Assembly: GCA_900755685.1 (NCBI GenBank)
Contig: CAAEHI010000052.1
Span: 39,150-103,149 of the forward strand
Direction of reading: 5' to 3'
Length of the DNA: 64,000 bases
Source: an uncultured Collinsella sp.
GTDB taxonomy: Bacteria; Actinomycetota; Coriobacteriia; Coriobacteriales; Coriobacteriaceae
Shown here: piece by piece, positions 36,963 to 45,609 of the stretch
Layout of the letters: each line of letters opens with the position of its first letter
Numbering within the stretch: position 1 is the stretch's first letter
Notes under the pieces: model-generated
Seen by the model: the letters and a program-made list of their open reading frames with translations, nothing else
Databases searched by the model: none
Told to the model about the DNA's origin: nothing
Made by a program: the position numbers and the translations under genes

Positions 36963-37538
36963 ATGAGCCTAACGATTGATACCGCCTATGTGCACGGAAG
37001 GGTTATGGGAAAGATGGTCAATTACGGGTTTGGTATGCCGACGCGCCTTGTTGTGGATGGAGACGTGGCTCGCTGGTGCGGACGATTGGTCGCTCACTAC
37101 GGTGGCACCAAGGCGCTGGTCGTGTTGGGCGGTGACAAGCATACGCGCGATGAGCTTGTCTCGGCGGCACTTGGCTCGCTTGATCGAGCCCTACTCGAGC
37201 GCGTACTTTTCCGCTGCGGCTCGGTTGGGGGCGACGGGGGAGACGAACTGATCGACGAAGCCGTGGCCCTGGCGACCGACGAAGGCGTGGACTTTGTCCT
37301 GGCGATTGGCGATGCCGATACTGCTGGCTTTGCGCGCGAGCTCGCGCGTCGCATGGCGGCGCTCGATGCCGGCGAAGACGGTTTTGTCCCTTATGGATGC
37401 ATTCTCTCGGAGGGCAAGGCGCCTGCTGTCGTGGGCACCGGTGAGGTTCCCGTTTTTGCCATTATCGCGCCCGAACTGCTGGAGGGCATCGGGTCTCCTC
37501 TGCGTGAGTTGCTCGGTAGCATCTGCGCCGCGGCCTAA
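36963..37538 (+). CDS. Short Fe-ADH/DHQ-synthase-like N-terminal-domain protein; possible truncated remnant
   Basis: 191 aa. Resembles only the N-terminal Rossmann half of iron-containing alcohol dehydrogenases (…GTKALVVLGGDKHTRDELV…GVDFVLAIGDADTAGFA…) with the GGGS motif degenerate. The C-terminal metal-binding domain is absent. Confidence 0.4.
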   Translation: MSLTIDTAYVHGRVMGKMVNYGFGMPTRLVVDGDVARWCGRLVAHYGGTKALVVLGGDKHTRDELVSAALGSLDRALLERVLFRCGSVGGDGGDELIDEAVALATDEGVDFVLAIGDADTAGFARELARRMAALDAGEDGFVPYGCILSEGKAPAVVGTGEVPVFAIIAPELLEGIGSPLRELLGSICAAA

Positions 37539-37737
37539 TATTTGCCATAAAAGGACGGGTTATTTTTGGTTGGTAAAGCGTTTGACCTGCCAAAATAAGC
37601 CTGTCCCTTTTTAATCGGTTGCCGTTTGGGGGCCGATTGGCAACGCTCGCTGATTGTAGTCTTGACCTGCGCTAGAATAGTGGCATCTGAATGTCCGGGC
37701 GCATGGAGGCGTGCGCCCGTATGCTGAGGAGGACTCT

Positions 37738-39432
37738 ATGGCAACTGTTGCCGCACCTATCGATGCTACGTCGACTGCCGCTTGGAAGGCGCTCGAGGCT
37801 CATCAGGAGAAGCTCGAGGCCGAAGGTATCGACCTCAAGGCCTGGTTCGCTGCTGACGCCGACCGCGTGAACAAGCTGAGCTTTGACGCCGGTGACCTGC
37901 ACTTCGATCTGTCGAAGAACCTGGTGACCGATGAGACCGTCAAGCTGCTGTGCGATCTTGCCCGCGAGGTGAAGCTCGAGGAGCGCCGCGACGCCATGTT
38001 CTCCGGCGAGCACATTAACACCACCGAGGACCGCGCCGTCCTGCACACCGCGCTTCGCCGCCCGGTAACCGAGAAGGGCCAGCTCATCGTCGACGGCCAG
38101 GACGTCGTCGCCGACGTGCACGAGGTCCTCGACCGCATGTATGCCTTCGCCGAGCGCGTGCGTTCCGGTGAGTGGAAGGGCGTTACCGGCAAGAAGATCG
38201 AGCATCTGGTGTCCATCGGCATCGGCGGCTCCGACCTGGGCCCGGTCATGGCCTACGAGGCTCTGCGTCCCTATGCCGACTCCGGTATCGACTGCCGCTA
38301 CATCTCCAACATCGACCCCAACGACCAGGCCGAGAAGCTCAAGGGCCTGGATCCCGAGACCACGCTCGTAATCATCGTCTCCAAGACCTTCACCACGCTC
38401 GAGACCCTCACCAACGCCCGCGAGGTCAAGACCTGGATGCTCGAGCAGCTCAAGGCTCAGGGCGCCATCGACGGCTCCGATGAGCAGAACGCCGAGGCCG
38501 TGGCAAAGCACTTCGTCGCCGTCTCCACCGCACTCGAGAAGGTCGAGGCCTTCGGTATCGACCCCGCCAACGCCTTCGGTTTCTGGAACTGGGTTGGCGG
38601 CCGCTATTCCGTTGACTCGGCCGTGGGCCTGTCGCTGATTGTCGTGCTCGGCCCCGAGCGCTTCCAACAGTTCCTCGAGGGCTTCCGCGCCATCGATGAG
38701 TACTTCTGCAACACCCCGCTCGAGAACAACGCCGTCGCGCTGATGGGCCTGCTCAACGTCTGGTACGTCAACTTCTTCGGTTCCAAGAGCCACGCCGTGC
38801 TGCCGTACTGCCAGTACCTGCACCGCTTCCCGGCCTACCTGCAGCAGCTCACCATGGAGTCCAACGGCAAGCACGTCCGTTGGGACGGCAGCGCCGTGAC
38901 CTCCGATACCGGTGAGATCTTCTGGGGCGAGCCCGGCACCAACGGCCAGCATGCCTTCTATCAGCTGCTGCACCAGGGCACTGTGGTGGTTCCGGCCGAT
39001 TTTATCGCCTTTGCCAATACCGCCAACCCTGCGACCGATAGCGGTCAGGACGTGCATGAGCTGTTCCTGGGCAACTTCCTGGCCCAGACCAAGGCGCTCG
39101 CCTTTGGCAAGACTGCCGACGAGGTTCGTGCCGAGGGCACGCCCGAGCAGATCGTCCCGGCCCGTTGCTTTGAGGGCAACCGCCCGACGACCTCGATCTT
39201 CGGCGACACGCTGACCCCGTTCGCGCTCGGCGAGCTCATCGCCCTGTACGAGCACATCACGTTTGTCGAGGGCACGGTCTGGGGCATCGACTCCTACGAC
39301 CAGTGGGGCGTTGAGCTGGGCAAGCAGCTTGCCAAGCAGATTACCCCGGCCTTCCACGACGACGCCGCCAAGGCCGAGCAGGACGCTTCGACCCAGGCAC
39401 TCATCGAGTTCTACCGCGCTCACCGCAAGTAG
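37738..39432 (+). CDS. pgi: Glucose-6-phosphate isomerase
   Basis: RBS gaggagg. PGI signature regions (…GIGGSDLGP…, …GGRYS…, C-terminal conserved block). Confidence 0.9.
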   Translation: MATVAAPIDATSTAAWKALEAHQEKLEAEGIDLKAWFAADADRVNKLSFDAGDLHFDLSKNLVTDETVKLLCDLAREVKLEERRDAMFSGEHINTTEDRAVLHTALRRPVTEKGQLIVDGQDVVADVHEVLDRMYAFAERVRSGEWKGVTGKKIEHLVSIGIGGSDLGPVMAYEALRPYADSGIDCRYISNIDPNDQAEKLKGLDPETTLVIIVSKTFTTLETLTNAREVKTWMLEQLKAQGAIDGSDEQNAEAVAKHFVAVSTALEKVEAFGIDPANAFGFWNWVGGRYSVDSAVGLSLIVVLGPERFQQFLEGFRAIDEYFCNTPLENNAVALMGLLNVWYVNFFGSKSHAVLPYCQYLHRFPAYLQQLTMESNGKHVRWDGSAVTSDTGEIFWGEPGTNGQHAFYQLLHQGTVVVPADFIAFANTANPATDSGQDVHELFLGNFLAQTKALAFGKTADEVRAEGTPEQIVPARCFEGNRPTTSIFGDTLTPFALGELIALYEHITFVEGTVWGIDSYDQWGVELGKQLAKQITPAFHDDAAKAEQDASTQALIEFYRAHRK

Positions 39433-39465
39433 TCGCTGCTGTTAACGCATCGCGCCTTATAGTCA

Positions 39466-39505
39466 GGGGCCCGTATCCTATCGGATGCGGGCCCCTTTGC
39501 TTTGC
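39466..39505. terminator. Terminator hairpin shared by the convergent pgi and T4CP-like genes
   Basis: ggggcccg-tatcctatcggat-gcgggcccc followed by tttgctttg. Confidence 0.5.
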
Positions 39506-39573
39506 CGTGGTCCCGGGGCGCACGGCCTTTGTGGAACATCGCCGGGGCGCCGCGCGCTGCGAGAACCCTGCGC

Positions 39574-40878
39574 CTAGATCTCGGCCTCCGCATGGCCTCG
39601 CTGTGCCTCGGGCAGCTCCCCGTAGAGCGGATGGTCTTCGAGCCTAAAGCGCTCGACCTGTTCGGGAGTGCGACCGCGTACAAAGAGCCACGAGCGATCG
39701 ATCGGCGTCGCCATGAGCGTGCTGGGTAGCGCGTCGGCGCGGTCGGAAAACACCCGGGCACTCTCGGGATCCTGGAACGCCAGCACCAGATGCGTGTCGC
39801 AGTTGCCCATGATGGAGCGTGCGCGTGCCTCGCCATAGAGCGCATCGAGCTGGTTGGTCGACTGCAGCAGCAGCGTTGCCCAGATGTTGCGGCTTCGGAT
39901 AATCGAGAGCACGTTGTCGATCTGGGGGATCTGCAGATTTGCGAAGTCATCGAGCATAAAGCGCACGGGCACGGGCAGGCTGCCGTCGGGCTGCCTATCG
40001 GCCTCACGAATGAGGCCCATAAACGCCTGCGAAATAAAGAGGCCGGTCAGCGGATCGAGATTGCGGTCAATATCGCTCACGGTTACAAACAGGGCGCAGG
40101 GGGTGTGTCCCATGGAAGCGAAGTCCACCTGATGGCACTCACGATAGAGCTGTGCCGCACCGTCGAATCCCAGACACATGACCTTTTCGGCAAGGATGCC
40201 GACGATGCTCGCGTGCATGCGCTCGGCATTTTGCGTAATGGCGTAGCGCCGCCATAGCGAGAGGGCATAGCCTTGGGGGTCGGTCGTGATCAGATCGTCA
40301 AACAATCGGGCCGTGGCACCGTCCTGCAGGTGCTCGATCAGCTTGATGACCGAGCTGATCGTCTGCTCGTCGGCGGGTAGCTGTTCGGTGACGTAGGCGA
40401 TAAGACACGACAGCAGGTTTGCCGCCGCATGATCCCAAAAAGGCTGGTTGTTGTCCTCGATGGGGCAGATGGCCTTTGCCACCGAGAGGATGTCCTGCTG
40501 GTTGGGCCTGCCGTCTGCCTTGCGGCGAATGTGCCTCAGGGGGTTGTAGCCGCAGCGCTCGATGCCGGGCGCAAGGGTCGGGACGGTGTTGAGGTCGGCG
40601 AAGTTGAGACATTGCACGCGGTAACCGTGGGCTGCCAGCACGGGTCCCACTTCGCGACAGAGCGTGCCTTTGGTGTCGAGCACGATGTAGCTTGCGTTCA
40701 TTTGCAGCAGGTTGGGCTTGAGGACGTTTCGGGTCTTGCCGGCTCCCGAGGGGCCGATCACAAGTGCGTTGTTGTTGAGTCCCGTTTGGCGGGTGTCGCA
40801 GGAAAGCGTTCGATCCTTGGCGAGGATGGTGGACGATGCGGACTCAGATGCGGCGAGGCGGCTGGTGAGGTTAGACAT
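39574..40878 (-). CDS. Soluble TraG/VirD4/TraD-family (type IV coupling protein-like) ATPase lacking the N-terminal membrane anchor
   Basis: RBS aggagg before the ATG at 40878. Walker A VIGPSGAGKT followed by the T4CP-typical PNLL…S-IVLDTKGT…G-RV-CLNF block; Walker B FMLDDFANL; C-terminal LLLQSTNQLDALYGE…MGNCDTHLVLAFQD block. No TM segments and no other conjugation genes nearby. Confidence 0.65.
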   Translation of the reverse strand: MSNLTSRLAASESASSTILAKDRTLSCDTRQTGLNNNALVIGPSGAGKTRNVLKPNLLQMNASYIVLDTKGTLCREVGPVLAAHGYRVQCLNFADLNTVPTLAPGIERCGYNPLRHIRRKADGRPNQQDILSVAKAICPIEDNNQPFWDHAAANLLSCLIAYVTEQLPADEQTISSVIKLIEHLQDGATARLFDDLITTDPQGYALSLWRRYAITQNAERMHASIVGILAEKVMCLGFDGAAQLYRECHQVDFASMGHTPCALFVTVSDIDRNLDPLTGLFISQAFMGLIREADRQPDGSLPVPVRFMLDDFANLQIPQIDNVLSIIRSRNIWATLLLQSTNQLDALYGEARARSIMGNCDTHLVLAFQDPESARVFSDRADALPSTLMATPIDRSWLFVRGRTPEQVERFRLEDHPLYGELPEAQRGHAEAEI

Positions 40879-41488
40879 GGGCGACCTCCTTGGTGGTCGA
40901 GAGGATTTCGTGGGCAAAGCCGAGCTCGACGGCGCGCTCGGCCGAAAGGTAGGTGTCTTTTGCAGTGAGGGACTGGATGCGCTTGGGCGTGAGGCCGCTG
41001 CGGTCCGAGAGGATTTGCGTGAGGGTCTTGCGGGTCTGCATGAGACGCCGGCTGGTTTCCTGCAGCGCAAGTGCCGAGCCGCCTGCCCCCTGGGGGATCA
41101 GTGGGTCGTGAATCATGAGCTCTGCATGGGGCGCCATACGGCGATCGTCGCCGCCCATAAAGATCACAGCGCCCATGGACGCGGCGAATTCCAGGCAGAC
41201 GGTGCGGATGGGGCACGATGCGAGGCGCATGGCGTCATAGATCGCAAGACCCGATCGCACGCTTCCGCCGGCGCTGGCGACAAATATGGTGATGGGGCGG
41301 CTGGGGTCGGTGGCATCGAGCAGGCGGATCTGCTGGCATAGGTCGTGGGCCATCGGGGTTTCGATGTTTCCCATGACGGAGAGCTCGCGACGGGCGAGCA
41401 TCTCATCGTAAATGCTGGTGAGCGTGATACCTCGGGCGGATTCACGCATGGTGAGGGGGCTGATGATGGGGGAATGATTGGTGTCCAT
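40871..41488 (-). CDS. ClpP-family (S14) serine protease-like protein
   Basis: 205 aa. Ser (EFAASMGAVI), His (ELMIHDP) and Asp (AKDTYLSAERA) are in the ClpP catalytic-triad arrangement. The stop is 2 nt before the T4CP-like start. Confidence 0.75.
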   Translation of the reverse strand: MDTNHSPIISPLTMRESARGITLTSIYDEMLARRELSVMGNIETPMAHDLCQQIRLLDATDPSRPITIFVASAGGSVRSGLAIYDAMRLASCPIRTVCLEFAASMGAVIFMGGDDRRMAPHAELMIHDPLIPQGAGGSALALQETSRRLMQTRKTLTQILSDRSGLTPKRIQSLTAKDTYLSAERAVELGFAHEILSTTKEVAHV

Positions 41489-41551
41489 GAGGACTCCTTT
41501 CTGTTGGTTGTGTTGTGGAATAGGATTGTTGCCCGCGGAGGGGCTGGCGGG

Positions 41552-42442
41552 CTACAGGGTTCGTCCGAGCCTGAGATCGAGCTCGGTTGTGGGGCAGGCT
41601 GCCTGTCCGTGCGGCTCGCAAGCGCCAAGGGCTCCAAAGCGATGGAGCGTTGCGACGGGCGTGGTGTAGGCGAGCCGCAGCTGATGCTCGATAGGGGCAC
41701 ATCCGTCATTTTTGTAATGAGCCGCGTAGTACTGCGCGATGCTGGCGTTCATCTCGCTGCCATTGCGATGGCGCTCAAACTGGCGTCTGCAGGTCTCGAT
41801 GATCTTTGCTACCGACTTGGGTGCCGTCGCGGGAACAAGGGCGAGATAGCCCTCAAATAGCTCGTTGATGCTCAGGAGGCACAGCAGGTCGATCAGCGTC
41901 CTTATGGCTGCTCCCTCGGCGGAAAAGTGCGCGGTCATGCGGTTATATCGGTTGCGGTCGACGATGGCCACATGGGGTCTTGGAGTTTTCTGCCCCGTGG
42001 TCCCGGGCTTTTGCCGCGCCTGTGTATTGAGCTCGACGTTGCAGCGCTTGAGGCCGTCCAACGGAAGGAACAGTGCGGTGCGCAGGGTGTTCCGCTTGCT
42101 TTCGAGTTCATGACGCTCGCCGGGTTCCCATTCGAGCTTGAGTTTCGTGTCGAGCGCCGTAAGCATATGGGCTAGGCAGCCTACGGTAAGAACGTACGAA
42201 TCGTTGTCGCGTTTTGGGGCATAGGGGTCTGTCAGCTTGCGAATGTCGGGGTCGCCCATGATCTTTGTGCAGCGCTTCAGCAGTTGAGGGTGGTCGGCCA
42301 AGATCGTCGCGAGCGGTAGCGACGCGTAGTTCTTGATGGTCGCGGCGGCAAAGGCGGCGTCATATTCGTTTGCATATGCTCGCTCAATGCGGGCATCCAG
42401 AATGCTTTTCTTATCGCCGTCTTCAGCGTGGTGGTTTGTCAT
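41552..42442 (-). CDS. Hypothetical protein, first gene of the ClpP-like/T4CP-like operon
   Basis: RBS ggaga before the ATG at 42442 (MTNHHAEDGDKK…). 297 aa, no family recognised. The six-frame ORF extends 52 codons upstream without RBS support. Confidence 0.55.
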   Translation of the reverse strand: MTNHHAEDGDKKSILDARIERAYANEYDAAFAAATIKNYASLPLATILADHPQLLKRCTKIMGDPDIRKLTDPYAPKRDNDSYVLTVGCLAHMLTALDTKLKLEWEPGERHELESKRNTLRTALFLPLDGLKRCNVELNTQARQKPGTTGQKTPRPHVAIVDRNRYNRMTAHFSAEGAAIRTLIDLLCLLSINELFEGYLALVPATAPKSVAKIIETCRRQFERHRNGSEMNASIAQYYAAHYKNDGCAPIEHQLRLAYTTPVATLHRFGALGACEPHGQAACPTTELDLRLGRTL

Positions 42443-42784
42443 AGCTTCTCCAATCGGTTGATGTTCGTGCTGTTTGTTGATGTGCTGGTTGTCGTGAGTG
42501 ATGCGCTTGCCGTGGGTGATGTGCTGACGTTGGGGTGCTATGCGGTTTTCAATGAGCCCGTGAGGCAGTTGCTGCAGGGGCGGGATGGAACGGCCCATGC
42601 AAGGCGGAAGGCATCGTGCTCAAAATCGAGACAGCAATGCCCTGGGTGCCTCACATGTGGCAGTTACCTCATTAAGTTGTCATTGCGTTTGGGGTTGTAC
42701 TTTGCCGATCTTCCTTCTCTTACACGCTAAAACTCAAACTTCATATGCTCGATCTACTTAAAACCGCAACGGCGGTCTTTTATC

Positions 42785-42813
42785 AACTTATATGTCAGAA
42801 CGCGTCTTTGCAA
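42785..42813 (-). promoter_or_regulatory. Minus-strand promoter matching the tRNA-promoter consensus, ~335 nt upstream of the hypothetical/ClpP-like/T4CP-like operon
   Basis: The minus strand reads cgcaaaaaagtacttgcaa-(17 nt)-taagtt. The A-tract plus gtacttgc is identical to the tRNA-Gly promoter at 6344-6360. Confidence 0.4.
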
Positions 42814-42931
42814 GTACTTTTTTGCGTTTGTTTCAAATGGGGTGGTTTTGCAACCGTCATGCGCGCGCTGTGCGAACGTGCCCCGGCTCGGATAAGATAG
42901 TGCGCGATAAAAACGATGCAAGGAGGCACAT

Positions 42932-43774
42932 ATGGCAATCAAAGCCATCGCGATGGATATCGACGGTACGCTCACCAACGACCAGAAAGTGATTAGCCCG
43001 CGTACGCGCGAGAAGCTGCTTGCGGCGCAGGAGTCGGGCATTAAGCTCATTTTGGCTTCGGGCCGTCCCGCATGGGGGCTGCACGCCTTGGCGCAGGAGC
43101 TCGACCTTCAAAACCATGACGGTCTGCTAGTTGCCTTTAATGGCGCGCATGTGGTCGACGCTCAGACCGATGAGGTCCTTTTTGACCAGGCCATGCCGTC
43201 TGACGAACTGCACCGTCTGATTGATCATCTGCAAAACTATGATGTGATCCCCATGATCTCGCTCGGTCGCGACTTGCATGTCGAGGATTCGTACCGCTGC
43301 ATGATTACGCTGCCGGATGGCTCGCAGAAGAATATCGTCAAGTATGAGCGCGATGCATGCGATCTTAAGATTCGCGAGGTGGAGAGCCTGCATGAGGTTG
43401 TGGACGCTTATCCCGTGGACAAGCTGCTGACGGCGGGCGATCCGACCTACCTGCAGGCGCATTACGAGGAGATGTATGCGCCCTTTACCCAGACGCTTTC
43501 GGGCATGTTTACGGCCGACTGGTACTTTGAGTACACGGCGCCCGGTATCGACAAGGCCCGCGCGCTCGAGGGTGCCCTGCCCAAGCTCGGCATCGATGCC
43601 GGTGAGGTCGTATCGTTTGGCGACGGCCAGAACGACAAGTCCATGATTGAGTGGGCCGGAACCGGTGTTGCCATGGGCAACGCCGTCGATGAGGTCAAGG
43701 CTGTGGCCCAGATGGTGACCGCCAATAACAACGAAGACGGCATTGCGGTGGCACTGGATAAGCTGCTGGGCTAG
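42932..43774 (+). CDS. Cof-type HAD-IIB hydrolase
   Basis: MAIKAIAMDIDGTLTND… RBS aaggagg. Confidence 0.8.
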   Translation: MAIKAIAMDIDGTLTNDQKVISPRTREKLLAAQESGIKLILASGRPAWGLHALAQELDLQNHDGLLVAFNGAHVVDAQTDEVLFDQAMPSDELHRLIDHLQNYDVIPMISLGRDLHVEDSYRCMITLPDGSQKNIVKYERDACDLKIREVESLHEVVDAYPVDKLLTAGDPTYLQAHYEEMYAPFTQTLSGMFTADWYFEYTAPGIDKARALEGALPKLGIDAGEVVSFGDGQNDKSMIEWAGTGVAMGNAVDEVKAVAQMVTANNNEDGIAVALDKLLG

Positions 43775-43837
43775 AATCGCCGATAATGCATGGTTCGGGC
43801 GTCCGCTTGCGGGCGCCCTTTTGTTAGGGAGGGTGCC

Positions 43838-44497
43838 GTGTCCGCATTTCCGTTCGACGCCGTTATCTTTGACATGGACGGCGTCATTGTCGATACCGAG
43901 TATTACTACCTGGGCGAGACTGCCGCGTTTGCCAAGGAGCTTGGGCTTAACCTGACTCAAGAGGAGCTGAACGGGCAGGTTGGTACCTCGCATCAGTTCT
44001 TCCTGCGTATGCTGGTCGATTGGTTTGAGCGCGCCGGTAAGGGGCATTTAACTGGCGAGGAAGCGTTGGCCCGTTGGGACGAGTGGGCGCATAAGCGTCC
44101 GCGCGACTATCAGGCTTTGATTAACCCAGGCGCCGTGGATACGATTCGAGAGCTGCCGCGCCGCGGTGTTCGCGTGGCGCTTGCCAGCTCGTCTCCCATG
44201 AATAGCATCGAGGAAGTGCTCAATGCGTGCGGGCTGTCAGATGCCTTTGAGTATGTGGTGAGCGGCGAGCAGTTTAAGGAGAGCAAGCCCGAGCCCGACA
44301 TCTACCTGCATGCGCTGGACCTGCTGGGGCTGCCCGCGAATCGCTGCTGCTGCGTTGAGGATTCGGTGCCTGGCATCACTGCCGGCAAGCGAGCTGGCCT
44401 GACAGTCATTGCCAAGCGCGAGGAGCGCTTTGGCTTTAGCCAGGATGCCGCGGACAAGATCATCGACCAGCTGCCGGACCTGCTCACGCTTTCTTAG
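43838..44497 (+). CDS. HAD-IA hydrolase (beta-phosphoglucomutase/phosphatase-like)
   Basis: GTG start after RBS gggaggg. FDAVIFDMDGVIVDTE is HAD motif I; then …SSS…, then K…DS motifs. Confidence 0.75.
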   Translation: MSAFPFDAVIFDMDGVIVDTEYYYLGETAAFAKELGLNLTQEELNGQVGTSHQFFLRMLVDWFERAGKGHLTGEEALARWDEWAHKRPRDYQALINPGAVDTIRELPRRGVRVALASSSPMNSIEEVLNACGLSDAFEYVVSGEQFKESKPEPDIYLHALDLLGLPANRCCCVEDSVPGITAGKRAGLTVIAKREERFGFSQDAADKIIDQLPDLLTLS

Positions 44498-44647
44498 GGG
44501 TGAGGTAGTTGCGCGTTTTTCGGGTCTGATGAGTAAATACCCGACATTTTGGTGCGGCAGCAAGCATACTTTATGCTAATGTGGGCTTAAGGACTTGCTG
44601 AATGCCCTTAAGCCCGTTTTAGACTTAATTGTGCTGGGAGAGGGTAT

Positions 44648-45391
44648 ATGCCACCGACTGAAGGGCTAACTGATGGTAAAGCAGCGATACCGCTGTACCA
44701 ACAGGTTATTGATATCATTAAAAACGAAATCAACTCCGGTGCCTACAAGGCAGGCGCGCGGATACCCAACGAATTCGAATTGGCTGAGAGCTATAAAGTT
44801 GGCCGCGTTACCGTGCGACGCGCTATTGAGGAGCTCGTCCAGCAGGGCTATCTAACGAAGCGGCAGGGGAAAGGCACGTTTGTCAATGCCCCCAAGCTTA
44901 AGCGCAAGATTCGCCAGAAGGATGACGTCCAGAGTTTTTCGGACGCATGCCGCGTTAACGGAATGGAGCCGGGGGCGTGCGTCATTTCGAGAAAGATACT
45001 GCCGGCAGATTCTACCGAAGCGCAGTTCTTTGGTGTTCCCGTTGGAACTGATTTGATTTGCGTTGAGCGTGTACGTACTGCCGATGGAGTCCCCGTCATG
45101 CTCGAGAACAACATATACGTTTACGAGGACAACGCCTATCTATCAACGGCACCTCTATCTAACCAATCCATTTTTGAGTTCGTGCGCAACCGGACGGGCC
45201 GCACGCCCGCGTTTACCGACCCGTGCACGCTCGAGATCGCGTGCGCGTCGCCCGAGGTCGCTCGGCTGTTGGCAGCTCCCGTTGGCGAACCCTTGTTTTA
45301 TATGGAAGCCTTCTTTTTCGATGAGCAGCGACGGCCGTTTATCATCGGTCGTCAGCGGATCGTTGGGTCTCGCTACGTTTTTGACATCTAG
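44648..45391 (+). CDS. GntR-family transcriptional regulator (HutC/FrlR-like, UTRA effector domain)
   Basis: N-terminal wHTH (…ELAESYKVGRVTVRRAIEELVQQGYL…) plus a UTRA domain. Confidence 0.8.
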   Translation: MPPTEGLTDGKAAIPLYQQVIDIIKNEINSGAYKAGARIPNEFELAESYKVGRVTVRRAIEELVQQGYLTKRQGKGTFVNAPKLKRKIRQKDDVQSFSDACRVNGMEPGACVISRKILPADSTEAQFFGVPVGTDLICVERVRTADGVPVMLENNIYVYEDNAYLSTAPLSNQSIFEFVRNRTGRTPAFTDPCTLEIACASPEVARLLAAPVGEPLFYMEAFFFDEQRRPFIIGRQRIVGSRYVFDI

Positions 45392-45609
45392 GACATTGCG
45401 AATGGAAGCGCCCGGTGGATCATCTCACCGGGCGTTTCCATACCGTTCACGGCGCGAACACAACCGTTCAACCGCGTTGCGGCAATCAGTTTGAAATTAT
45501 CTTGATGAAGGAAAAAGCTGCTGGTAATATATGGGACGTCATAGAACGTTTGCATTGTGCAAACGTTGAAGCGAGATGCGATGCGGTCTCGAGTTCTTTG
45601 GAGGTATCT

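Noticed and set aside
40871-41488. ClpP-like gene interpreted as a prophage prohead (S14) protease within a head-morphogenesis module.
   Set aside because: No terminase, portal, capsid, integrase or other phage gene is nearby. The adjacent ATPase has T4CP motifs, not terminase motifs, and the gene order (hypothetical, protease, ATPase) does not fit a morphogenesis cassette.
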